Shown: in pieces, positions 8,575 through 19,279 of the stretch
How positions within the stretch are numbered: position 1 is the first letter of the stretch
Layout: every line of letters begins with the position of its first letter
DNA from: Cyanophora paradoxa CCMP329
Taxonomy: Eukaryota > Plantae > Glaucophyta
Assembly: GCA_004431415.1 (NCBI GenBank)
Contig: QPMI01000408.1
Coordinates: 62,001-126,000, forward strand
Length of the DNA: 64,000 nt
Direction: 5' to 3'
The notes under the pieces: model-generated
Databases searched by the model: none
Told to the model about the DNA's origin: nothing
What the model saw: only the letters and a program-made list of their open reading frames with translations
Translations under genes and position numbers: made by a program

Positions 8575-11500
8575 TCAGACACGATTTTTGTAATGCCCAA
8601 TAGCCCAGGTGTTGATTTTATCATTATCTAGAAAACGCTTCGTATCTAGCGGATGCAACGCTTGACGAGAGGTATTTTGCAGATATATTTCATGTCGTTT
8701 CGAACGGAAACCGAGAATTCCTTTGATATCATACGATTGTTTTTCTCCTTTTTTTGGGCAGACACACCGGAGGAATACATCCCTTGTGAGTCTGTTGTAA
8801 TATGTTTTTTGAATACCTTTGCACACCTGCTTATCTGTGGAATCTTCACGCGAATAATAGTAAGATTTCGGCCGGTTAGCGATCCACTCTGTCATTTGTA
8901 GACCATGAAGCTCATCCTTGAATAATCCCGGAGTTTTCCCCATCGATCGTAGAGCTCGAACCTCATCGGCTGTCATGCCATCAAAGAATCGATGTGTCTC
9001 TGGGTAGTCGCTAACATCCAGCTCATGCTTGATTGAGCGTAAATCAGCATAGATATCTTTGGTGCGAACCTCGATGATGAGACTGTCAGTATCAGTTCCA
9101 AGTAGCTTAAGCCGATGACCCCAAAGCGGTTTGAGCACCTGATAGTAGAAGCGATACATGTGCAGCTTGGACAATTCGAGAATGACAAATCCACAGTAAA
9201 TTGGTTTATTTAAATTATACTCACTTTTTCGCTTGGAAACGAATACAAGGTTCTCTTCGTACATCACCACCTGCTTCAACCGATTTGGTTCGCTGTTTAT
9301 CTTTGCCAAACGATCACCAGATGTAACAAGCTCGGAGAAACAGTGTTTTCTCACGTTCTCCATCGTCTTTCCGAATACACTGTTATTCATTAACTTGAAG
9401 AGATCCTGTTTGTATTTGTGATCAGCACGCTTGCGTTCACTTGTATTAAGATCGATGAAATCGTTCAGCCACGCACTTTGTTCGTACGATAAAACACGGT
9501 GGATGTTGGTTACAATCATTCCCAGTGTAGTATAAAGCTTAAGCGAACGCCCATCAACAACATAATTCTTCTTTGGCAACAGGTTTGGAACCAATTTTGG
9601 GGTTCTTTCGACTGAAGTAAGCTTTTCGTTGTTAATCATATCCTGCTGTTGTTTCGATAGATGATCTATGGACACGCACATTCGTTCAGGAGCTAGTGGA
9701 TAATCTGAGAAATCATCGTGGAGATGGTCAGGCATGTACATATCAACTTCTAGAGCATAGCCACGAGGACCATCAGCGTCAAGGTTTTCAACGAACTGCA
9801 TAGCATCAACATCTTGATCGAGTTTTTCCCAGCGGAAACCTCCAGTGGGGAGTTTTTGTTTCATAGCAACGCCATACAGATTATTCGCATCAAGGTACAT
9901 CAGCCACGATTCTTTGCCTGTTTTTTCGTAGTTTTGCACACATTCAATCTGGGTTGCTGATTCATCAGCATGCGTATATTTTCCAAATTTCTTTAAAATT
10001 GTCGCTGCTTTTGCTGCTTTCTTTTTATTCTTTGCAATCACTCTTGAACTCATGTCTTTTACGTGTTTCAGGAACTCGTTATCAGCTTTAGCGTATCTCT
10101 TTGATATCATGCTGATGCCACCCCTAATTCCTGATTCTATGAATCTATACATATCTTGTTGTCCCTCGTGAAAAAGCTCAAGCTTAATTCCTGTGCGTTT
10201 AAGAGCAGCTTGCCAAGCGAATCCTGGTGATGATATGAAATAGCTTGGATCTAATCCATACGTTTCCATGCATGTATCACGATAGTTTTCAAATACATCG
10301 GCAAGTAACGAAATGTCAGTATTCATATATTCCATAGTATAGTCTGATATCGTTCTACATGCAAGCTTTCTCCAAACGATCTGAGCATGTGCGTACTCGT
10401 CTTTTGAGCATTTCTTTTGTTTTAGTTCGTTCTTAAAGTATCGACGTACAGGTAGTTCTGTTTCTTGAAAACGTTGCCAGCTTGATATATAGCTATATGG
10501 ATATATCCCCTTGCTTGTCATCAACTCGAATCTAGTATCATCCGGATACATTGTGCGCGTGATCTTCTTCTTCTCCGCTGGGACCGCTTTCGCTAGATCA
10601 TCCAAACTAGCATTCAAATGTTGCATCGAATCACGAAGTACATAAATTCCATACTTAAACTGTGATATCTTCTCGCTATTCTGAAAGGTTTGATCAAATT
10701 TGATCGAAAGGAGACTCTGCGGGCGGAGCCGGCGTTCGAGCCCCTTCTTAACCTTCTTTTTCTGCTCTGGGGTCATCTCACGTCCACCGTACTTGCTTTG
10801 AAACTCACTTTCGACATGTGCTTGAAACTCAGCCCAAGCTGCTGAACGGCGGTTTTTGCCAGATGCTATTGCTCTCACGAACAGGTGAAAGTCAAATCCA
10901 CGACCATTATGAAAGAATATAGGAACAGCAGCAGATTTTGCACGGCGGCGATTGCAAGCACGACAGGCTGCTCCAATGTATTTACCTGTATCATGACAGT
11001 GATCACGGTGCTTGTCTTTGATATCTTTGAACGTGTTTTTGCACATATAACAGTCTGTCGTTGTTTGAAAACACTGTTCCTCTTCCTGAGTAATCTGGAT
11101 TGGTACACTTGCTTTGAGAAGTTCTCTAAATTGTGGTTCCATTTCGTCAAGCCATTTTACGAACTTATCAGCACAGTCTTCATTCTCGGAACCCATACAT
11201 TTAAATGAAAACTGTTCGCCTTTCGAAGATACAACCAGACAGCCGACTGAAGCAATCACATGCAAACCTTTTTTTTCGGTCTTTCCACTAATGCAGGGAA
11301 TCGGCATTGTAATCGTCTCTGAATCAGCATATCCGACCAGACGTTGGCGGATTGTGTACTCATAGTTAATAAACTTCTGGATGTGAGCTCCTTTTTTGGG
11401 CAGAACATCACGTGCGTGTTCATCGCGTTCGAGACAGCGGTCATATTTAAGATGATTTTCAAACGCAACACCTGAGCTAAAACCTGTTTGACACGCAAGA

Positions 11501-12691
11501 CAATAGTGTTTGGCGGGAGAATCATGTTTTCCAAACAGACGTGATATGTTCTTGATCCAGAGATAATGCCCAACATCGTTTCCCTCCCCAGCCGGCACAT
11601 ACAGTATTGGGATTGCGTCTCTCGCAGCACTGATATGGATTGGTATGATATCCTGCTTATCTAGAGCAGTTGTATAAACGCAGAGTTTGACGTTATTTGC
11701 TTGCTCGAATTTGCTGAATACACTCGAATCAAGAGGGGTTGGATATTTAAGCATACTGCAGTCTAAAGAGTCTTCATACGGTCGATAATGACAAGCACTA
11801 CGTGAATCCTGACCTGGTCTTAGCGCGTGCTGGGCTGCAATGATTGAATATTTGAAACATTCATTGTTTGGTGCATCAATATTGATAAGGGCGTGCTTAT
11901 CGGCAAGCCATTTTGGGAGGTTAAACCTACGACCACGACCTCCAATGCGTCGGAAATATTGAACAGTTTTAAAGACCACATATATCCATGTATCGAAAAC
12001 CGATGAATCTCTGCTTTTCTCTGACGCAAGAATGTCTAATTCTTCAAACTGTGAACGCAAGGCTGCCTCAATGCTTGTCCCTGGTTCGATGCGATCGAAA
12101 CGACGATGTTCAATAACGATAGCAATCGTAGAATCTGTCTCTGGCTTTCTGTAGACACCTAATCCAGAGATTTGTAGTGCAATGCCCATTCTTGACGTCT
12201 CTGCAAGATTTACCTGGGCGCTTACGAATGCGATTGCGTTTTGTTTGAAAAGTTCGTTGTTTTCAAATCTGACTTGCATTGATGTTACACGTCCTGATCC
12301 ACGTGGTAGCTGGTATTTCTACTCGACCGTCAAGAGCTGTAGTTGTTTCGTTGTTTATTTGAACATCATCTCCAACATCAACCTCAGGCAGCTCATTGAA
12401 AGCAGCGACAATTGCAGCCTGTCCTTCAGCAATTGCCAGCTCGAGTCGAAGACCTGAAACAGGGCGCGTTGGTCTAGGAAGTCGAGATAGTTCGTTCAAT
12501 AGTGAAGCGTATTTTTCCAACGTTGTATATCTTGTTCTCGATCCTTGCGCTGTAATTCTTAGCAATTTATTTTTGAAGGCACCATGTATGACACGTCGAT
12601 TATACAATGAAGTTGCGAGCGCTTCTATTTGGTCTTTGATTCTGGCCAACCTGAAGCGCCGATTTGCAGCATTATTCTGAGTAACATCCAT
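8575..12691 (-). CDS. Protein-primed family B DNA polymerase (frameshift near 12320)
   Basis: YLDANNLYG, KLMNNSVFGK, GTDTDS; exonuclease motifs YADSE and FHNGRGFD; EndoVII-like DHCHDTG..CN. The N-terminus (12263-12691) is contiguous with the rest in A3. Confidence 0.93.
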
Positions 12692-12797
12692 TGATTAATC
12701 TATATATCACAATTTTTTTGATTATTTTAAACGCAACTTTACATAGCAATATTGGATAGGGATCTCTTTAAGACAAAATAAGAGAAACCACCTGAAC

Positions 12798-13256
12798 CTA
12801 AACTTGGACTACGTCATCGGTGGGAATAATTAGCGTCTAGCTAGAACCTGAACTCGAGTATGTAATTAGATTCCGATGATATAGTAATTACGTGTAGCAT
12901 AACCCTTGAAACCTCTTTGTTTTTTAGATTCGAAATACACACAATTAACGTCTAGATGATGTTGAAGATTATTCCGAGACCAGCGCTTTGGGGCTCGAAG
13001 AGCAGGAAGCCTTCTGGCTGACGCTCCCGCCTCAAATCACTGCTATATCTTTTGCAAAATCGATCGGACTAGACGTTAGATACTACCTAGCGGTTGCTGG
13101 ATGGTTGGTTTGGAGAGGTTGTGGTGGTAGACGTAACGAAGGGATGGAAGAGAATGTGTGTTGGAAGGCGTTGGAGTGTGTGGGTTGGGGTGGTTTGGAG
13201 GAGTGAGGGTGAGAAAGAGGGCGGGCCCACAGTGATTGGGGTACTCTCATTTTTTT
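12798..13256 (-). repeat. A1 right TIR
   Basis: Inverted copy of 2548-3006. Confidence 0.95.
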
Positions 13257-13709
13257 CCCCGACGTGGATTCTCATGCATGAGAGTGATTGAACTCTCGTC
13301 GTCGTGCGCGGACCTTGAGCCGGCCGACCGCCCATTCACTGGGACTTCGATTCAGGATAGGGCCCAGGGGTCGTTTAGCCCCGTCGCGCCGTTCTCGTCA
13401 GGAACGCGCCGCCTGGCCGCTCAACAGCGCACGCAGGTCTTATCCAACGCTTCGATAGAGCGGGGCACGTAGGCCCGTCGCGTCGCTTGACGTTTTGCAG
13501 TCAAAGCGCGCCGCCCGGCCGCCTGAGGCGTTCTACCAGGACTTTCTTGTAACCAGGACGGGGCCCTTTCTCAGAGCGTCCGTCGCGAGGGCATTGCCTC
13601 TCGCATCATATTTCGGTAGCGGGGGTACGGGATCCCCGCGGCTAGGGCGGCTCGTCGCGGCCAGCCCTGCCGGGCCCCAGCGCACTGCGCCGGGCCCTCG
13701 AGCCTTTGT

Positions 13710-16001
13710 CTAGGCTGCTCCCGCCGGCGCGGGGCCGGCGGCCGCCGGTCCGGCGGCGCCCTGGGGCGGAGCTGCGGCGCCTGCCGCTCGCGGCCTCCCG
13801 CGGGCCGGGCGTGCAGGGCGCTCAGTGTCGCGGACACGGAACGGGATCATGCAGTCGATGTGCACGATTGTTTCCCGCGTGTCCCGGCTCTTGTGCCGGT
13901 TCGGGGCGGCGGCGCCGTAGGGCCGTGCGAGGCCGCGAACGACGTAAGTGTAGCCGCCGGGGTGCACATCGAGCACCGTGAACGGGCCGACCCAGGAGTT
14001 GTACAACCCCTTATCGCGGTCGCCTAGCCAGCACAGGACCTTGTCGCCGACTTCGAAGCGGCGACGGTCGGGCAAGTCGCCAGTCCGGTGGATCAGGCGC
14101 TGCCGATACACGCGACGGTGCTCGCGGAGAGCGGCCTCGCGGTGCTTGGCCGCGCGGACGACGGCAAGCAGGTACTCCGGGTAGCTCATTGTTTCCAAGA
14201 GCTCAACGCCGAAGCGCACGTCGGCGGGCAACGTCAGCTCGTGCCCCAGGTGCAGCACCGCGGGCGAGAAGCCAGTGGCGGCGTGCACGGTCGTGCGGAG
14301 AGCCAGCTGCACCTCATGCACGTGCTGGTCCCACTCGTGCAGCGGCTCGCGGTTGGCGCGGCACGCAGCGTGCAGCAGCGTCTTGATGACACCGCCCAGC
14401 CGCTCGACCAGGCCGTTCGTGGCGTGGTGGTACGCAGCGGCGTAAATGAAGCGCGTCCCGAGCGAGCGGAAGAACTCATTGAAGAGCCCTCCCTTCAGGT
14501 TCGACCCGTTGTCGACCAGCAGTCGCAGGGGCACGCCCTCATCCGAGACGAACTTGCGGGCGGTCCCCAGCAAGGTCAGTCCCTCAAGGTCCGCGATCGG
14601 GTACTCGTGATGCCACTTGCTCCAAGCATTCACATACACGATCATGTAGCGCAGACCGCGAGGAGTCGGGTCCAGGTGGAAGATGTCCACCTGCCACAGG
14701 TCGTTTCGGCCCTCGGGCTCGATGACCGCAATCGCCGTTCGCCGCGGCTTCACCGCCTTTGCGAACTGACAGCAAGCGCAGCTGCGCACGTAGCGCGTCA
14801 CTGCCGCGAGCATTCCAGGCCACCAAAACCGGAGCGCAATCCGGCGGGCAACGATCGGGGCGCCTCGGTGGCCCCATCCGTCGTGGTACGCGTACATGAC
14901 GCGATCCTGCCAAGACTCGGGCAGGAAAGGCACGTAACGCGCGCCAGGCAGGACCGGGCGGCGGACGAGCACGCCATCCGTGTCAATGTCGAACGCCTCG
15001 GCGAACTCGGCGAACGACGCCTTTGCCTTGAGGCAAGCATAGCAGTCGCCGGACAAACACGACGCGCGCGAGCATTGCGCGTAGTTCGTCCCATTTTCTT
15101 TGTAGGCGAACAGCCGCTGCCCCAGAGAATCGGCCCGCTGCGCGGCGAGTAGCCGCACGCGCCGAGCGGGGAACATGTACTTAAGGGCCTCCGGGATGGG
15201 CCCGTCAAGCTTCGGAGCTTGGACGCAGTCCCAAGCGTCCAGGACGCGCTCGAGGACGCGAGGCTTGCGCCGGTCGCTCGCTTCGCCGAGCTCTGGCCCA
15301 GGCGCGACGGCGCTGGAGGAGAACATCTCCATTTCGGGCACCGACTCGGCGCCAGCGGCGGCAGGACCACTGCTCTGCTGCCCGGAGGAGGGCGCCTCGG
15401 AGGCGGCCGCTCCCTCTGACCCTGCCGTCGCCGCCGTCGTACTAGACGAGCTGGCGGGCGCCCGGACGGCGCCGGCCCCACCCTCAGGCCCCTCGTCGGG
15501 ATCGTCCTGGTGGGGGTAGATCGGCGGGCCGCAGCGCCAGTGGCGCGGATTTCCAGGCCGACGCGGGGACTTGCCCGGCCGTGGCTCAGGCTGGGGCTGC
15601 TGATCACGCGGCAGCGGGGGCGTCTCCCCTTCGTACCGGCGCGGCCCGCTCAGGTGGCGGGGACGAATCAGCGGGAGGAGGTCCAGCGGGAACCCATCCT
15701 CGTCGAGCGAGGCGCGCGTCGTCGGCTCGGAGGGCATGACGGGCGGCGCCGGCTCGGGCTCGGGATCGAGCTCCATCGGCTCGGGAGCCGGGGGCGGACT
15801 GGGCGACCGAGGCCGCGGGGGCAAGCCCTCGCCGACGGCCAGCTGGTGCCACTCGTCGACCTGAGCGCGCAGCTGCGCCCAAGTGACGGCCTGCTTCTGG
15901 CCGCGCCGCTGGGGCGGGCCAGCGTGCGGCAGCTGAGGCGCCGCGGGCAGAGCCGCGCCGTCGGCCTCGGCCGGGGCCTGCGGCGGGTCAAGGTCGCCCA
16001 C
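13710..16001 (-). CDS. Gypsy integrase region
   Basis: HDGWGH..CACC zinc-binding motif; WQVD / VDNG / NGLVER DDE core; W.GPF C-terminal motif. Confidence 0.92.
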   Translation of the reverse strand: MGDLDPPQAPAEADGAALPAAPQLPHAGPPQRRGQKQAVTWAQLRAQVDEWHQLAVGEGLPPRPRSPSPPPAPEPMELDPEPEPAPPVMPSEPTTRASLDEDGFPLDLLPLIRPRHLSGPRRYEGETPPLPRDQQPQPEPRPGKSPRRPGNPRHWRCGPPIYPHQDDPDEGPEGGAGAVRAPASSSSTTAATAGSEGAAASEAPSSGQQSSGPAAAGAESVPEMEMFSSSAVAPGPELGEASDRRKPRVLERVLDAWDCVQAPKLDGPIPEALKYMFPARRVRLLAAQRADSLGQRLFAYKENGTNYAQCSRASCLSGDCYACLKAKASFAEFAEAFDIDTDGVLVRRPVLPGARYVPFLPESWQDRVMYAYHDGWGHRGAPIVARRIALRFWWPGMLAAVTRYVRSCACCQFAKAVKPRRTAIAVIEPEGRNDLWQVDIFHLDPTPRGLRYMIVYVNAWSKWHHEYPIADLEGLTLLGTARKFVSDEGVPLRLLVDNGSNLKGGLFNEFFRSLGTRFIYAAAYHHATNGLVERLGGVIKTLLHAACRANREPLHEWDQHVHEVQLALRTTVHAATGFSPAVLHLGHELTLPADVRFGVELLETMSYPEYLLAVVRAAKHREAALREHRRVYRQRLIHRTGDLPDRRRFEVGDKVLCWLGDRDKGLYNSWVGPFTVLDVHPGGYTYVVRGLARPYGAAAPNRHKSRDTRETIVHIDCMIPFRVRDTERPARPARGRPRAAGAAAPPQGAAGPAAAGPAPAGAA

Positions 16002-19000
16002 GGCCGGCCTGGCGCGCGCGCGGGCGGCGCCGAGCGGGAGGCCTGCGCAGCACGGGGCGAGCCGGGCTCGAGCTCGCCGTCCTCGACGCGGATCGGTTCG
16101 TCGTCCGCGTCCTCACGGAGGGCCTCTGGCGGAGCTCGCGCGATGCGGCGCCGGGGTCCCCCAGCGGGCTGCACGTCGGCACGAGAGGCCGGTGCGCCTT
16201 CGAACGCGAGCTGCCGCGCGAGGCGGGCCATGCGTCGCGAAACGACAGCCTCCACAGGGGCCAGCTCGGGTCCCGGGGCAGAGCTACTCGAGCTCGCTTC
16301 GGCGGGCGGGGCTGGCGCCTCTGCACTGGCAGCCTCGCCGCTTTCTTCGACTGTCACCGCGTACAGCGGCAGCGGCTCGTCGAGATCGCCGGGCCGGGGT
16401 ACGCCGAACCCACGGGCACCGGGCAGCGCTTCGGGCGCGTCAGAGCTGCCGTCGGCGCCGCCAGGCGCGAGGACAGGGTGCTCGCCGGGCAGGCGCGAGC
16501 AAGCGTCGGGGCCGCCGTTGTTGCGCCCGGCGCGGTATTCTACGACGAAGTCGTAGGACTGCAGGAGCAGGGCCCAGCGGCCGAGCCTCCCCGTAGTCTC
16601 ATCGCGCGTGCGCAGCCATTGGAGCGCGTGGTGGTCAGTGCGCACAGTGAACTGGGGCCCGCCTAGAAGGAAGTGCCGCCAGTATTTGATTGCCCAGACT
16701 ACCGCCAAGCACTCGAGCTCAGTGGCGGAGTAGTTTCTCTCGGCGGGGGCCAGAGTGCGGCTGATGAAGCCGATCGGCCGCTCCACCGGCGGCGTCGATC
16801 CGTCAAGCTGCGACAGGATCGCGCCAAGTGCGTACGTCGACGCGTCAGTCGACAGGATGAAGGGGCGCTCGAAGTCCGGGTACTTCAACACCAGATTCAA
16901 GAGCAACGCAGCCTTCAGTTTCTCGAAAGAGGCCTGCTGGGCCTCACCCCAGTTCCACTCGGCGTCGCGTAGCAGCAAGCGCTGCATCGGCTGCACGATC
17001 CGTGCAAAGCCTTCCACGAAGCGCCGGTAGTAGCCAGCCAAGCCCAGGAAAGACCGCAGCCGGTCTGCGTCCGTGGGCGCCGGGTAGTCGCGGATCACGG
17101 CGAGCTTTGCCGGATCCTGGCGGATCCCCTCTGCAGAGACAAGGTGCCCCAGCAGATTGATCTCGGATACGCCGAAGCGACACTTCGACGGCTTCAGCCG
17201 CAGGTTGGCGGGCACAATTGCCTTGAACAGCGCCTCGAGATCAAGCAGGTGCTGATCGATCGAGGGCGAGAACACCGTGATATCGTCGATATACGCGGTA
17301 ACACAGGTGGTGAGAAGGGGCCCGAGGATTGCGGTGACAGCGCGGGAGAACGCCGCTGGCCCGTTGGTTACACCGAACGGGGTCACGCGCCACTCGTACT
17401 GGCCCCAGGGCACGACGAAGGCAGTGAAGCGCCGCGACGCGGGGTCGAGCGGCAGCTGCCAGAAGCCGCACACTGCGTCTCCTACCGAGAAGACGATGGC
17501 GCCACGCAGGCGGTCGAGCTGATCGTCGATCCGCGGCAGCGGGAAGACGTCACGCTCGGTAATGGCGTTCAGGCGTCGGTAATCGACACACATACGCCAC
17601 GTCCCATCTTTCTTCGGGGCCAACACTAGTGGCGACCCGTACGCAGCCTCAGAGGGCTGGATCAGGCCCAGCTCCAGCAGGCGGGCAATCTCGGCTCGCG
17701 CGAACTGCTCAGCGTGCGGGCTCACGCGCCGCGGCGGCGTGTACACGGGCAGGTGCGAGTTGAGCCGGATCACGTGCTGGTAGTGCATGAGGTCTTGTGT
17801 ACCCCCTACAGCCGTGACGCTTTCAGCGAAGGCGCCCTTGTAGCGCTTCAGCAGAGCCTCGAGGCGGGCCTTCTGCGGGCCGTCGAAGCCGGGGTGCGAA
17901 CCGACCTCAGGAATCTTTCCCCGGAGCCGGTTCCACTCCTCCTCTTCAGAGCTCGACGACCCCGTCGGCTCAGGGCGAGGCGGGCCGCTGGAGGGACCGG
18001 CCTCATTGAGATCGCGGGGCGGGGCACGGACTGGCTCTTTCCCCTTGCGGCGATCGGGCGGAGCCTCGTCGTCAGACCGCTCCATCGGAGACGGGGCATC
18101 CGAGTCGTCAGGCTCGTGCTTCACCTCTGGAGGTGCGTGGCGCACCGAGCAGCTAGGGCCAGCAAGAGCGGCGCTCGGGCTGGAAGCCAGCGGCGCGGCT
18201 GCAGGCACCGGGGCGGCGGACGAAGTCGCGACCGCGTTCACAGCAGCTTCCGCAAGGCGGGCAGCGGCGAGGGCGCGGCGCGCGTTGCGCACGGAGCGCC
18301 GCTCGCGGCGTTCGGCGCGGCGCTGAGGCCGCTGCGCTGCGTGCTCCTCTGGATCGGTCCAGCCCGGATAGTCATCATCGAGCTCCGAATCCGAGGTATC
18401 TTCGACAGTAGAGTCGCTTTCCCGGTCGCTATCGGAATTGCGATCATTGTAATGACCAGGGAACTCGGGCGGCGCGAGATCGTCGTCATCGCTGGCATCG
18501 CCCGGGGACGGCGCGGGCGCTGGCTGTGGAACCAAGTCCGGCAAGTCGCCGTCGAACACGTTTCCTTGCGCATCAATCAGCGGCGGTGGCGCGTCATCGG
18601 CTGCGCGGGGCAGCGGTTGCGGCGTCTGGCCGTAGTTCACACCAGGCCGATCAGGGTCGGTACTGATGACGCGCAGGATGCGAGGCAGGGCCGGGGGGCC
18701 GCCGCCAAGCGTGTTGGGGTGGGGAAGAGGGGTGCGCTCGCTAGCCGGCGCAGGCTTGAAGCCGGGCGGGGCATTGTTCGCGAGACGCCGCAAGGATCGA
18801 AATCCCTGCCCCTTGCGAGGGTCGTACGGCCGCAGCGTGCGCACGTAGGCGTCGGCCACGTCGGCGGCGGTAGCTTTTATTGAGGGCGGCTCGAATTCGA
18901 AGTCGCCTGGCGGCAGGTGACGTGCCTCCGCCACTGCAACGATGGCGCCCGCTTCGAGATGGACGTCGACATCGGCAGGATTTAAGAGGCGGACATAGAT

Positions 19001-19279
19001 AGCTCCACGCTCGCCTAGCTCTGCACGGGCGTGCAGTTGGTTCGGGGCTAGTACTCCGAGTGCCGGCAAAGAATCCGGCGCCGGCCCGACGTCAAGCGTC
19101 GGAGCCGCGGGCTCGGGCGGCATTCGCCCGTCTATGACGCAGCGGACCCGGCATTCTCGCCAATTCCGTTCAATTTTGACAGGGCGCTGGACCCGGACAA
19201 GCAGAGGCCCTTGTGCTTGCCCGGGCAGCGAAAAGGGATCACGTGGGGCTTGTAGTGCGCGTCGCGCGCGTGCAAGCAC
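15668..19279 (-). CDS. Gypsy reverse transcriptase-RNase H
   Basis: KKDGTWRMCVDYRRLN, PFGVTNGP, YIDD, TDAS, ELECLAV, TDHHAL. Confidence 0.95.
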   Translation of the reverse strand: MLARARRALQAPRDPFSLPGQAQGPLLVRVQRPVKIERNWRECRVRCVIDGRMPPEPAAPTLDVGPAPDSLPALGVLAPNQLHARAELGERGAIYVRLLNPADVDVHLEAGAIVAVAEARHLPPGDFEFEPPSIKATAADVADAYVRTLRPYDPRKGQGFRSLRRLANNAPPGFKPAPASERTPLPHPNTLGGGPPALPRILRVISTDPDRPGVNYGQTPQPLPRAADDAPPPLIDAQGNVFDGDLPDLVPQPAPAPSPGDASDDDDLAPPEFPGHYNDRNSDSDRESDSTVEDTSDSELDDDYPGWTDPEEHAAQRPQRRAERRERRSVRNARRALAAARLAEAAVNAVATSSAAPVPAAAPLASSPSAALAGPSCSVRHAPPEVKHEPDDSDAPSPMERSDDEAPPDRRKGKEPVRAPPRDLNEAGPSSGPPRPEPTGSSSSEEEEWNRLRGKIPEVGSHPGFDGPQKARLEALLKRYKGAFAESVTAVGGTQDLMHYQHVIRLNSHLPVYTPPRRVSPHAEQFARAEIARLLELGLIQPSEAAYGSPLVLAPKKDGTWRMCVDYRRLNAITERDVFPLPRIDDQLDRLRGAIVFSVGDAVCGFWQLPLDPASRRFTAFVVPWGQYEWRVTPFGVTNGPAAFSRAVTAILGPLLTTCVTAYIDDITVFSPSIDQHLLDLEALFKAIVPANLRLKPSKCRFGVSEINLLGHLVSAEGIRQDPAKLAVIRDYPAPTDADRLRSFLGLAGYYRRFVEGFARIVQPMQRLLLRDAEWNWGEAQQASFEKLKAALLLNLVLKYPDFERPFILSTDASTYALGAILSQLDGSTPPVERPIGFISRTLAPAERNYSATELECLAVVWAIKYWRHFLLGGPQFTVRTDHHALQWLRTRDETTGRLGRWALLLQSYDFVVEYRAGRNNGGPDACSRLPGEHPVLAPGGADGSSDAPEALPGARGFGVPRPGDLDEPLPLYAVTVEESGEAASAEAPAPPAEASSSSSAPGPELAPVEAVVSRRMARLARQLAFEGAPASRADVQPAGGPRRRIARAPPEALREDADDEPIRVEDGELEPGSPRAAQASRSAPPARAPGRPWATLTRRRPRPRPTARLCPRRLSCRTLARPSGAARSRPSLGRSCALRSTSGTSWPSARACPRGLGRPVRPRLPSRWSSIPSPSRRRPSCPPSRRRAPRSTRMGSRWTSSR

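Larger units (their letters stand above)
2548..13256. mobile_element. Endogenous Polinton-like virus A1 (10.7 kb)
   Basis: TIRs with A7/T7 ends, 6-bp TSD CCCCGA (2542-2547, 13257-13262), pPolB, integrase, ATPase and capsid genes; AT-rich against GC-rich flanks. Confidence 0.93.

Noticed and set aside
2548-13256. Classification as a canonical virophage (Lavidaviridae) or a bacterial prophage
   Set aside because: The MCP is only ~409 aa and no maturation protease is present; gene content and host context fit a Polinton-like virus.
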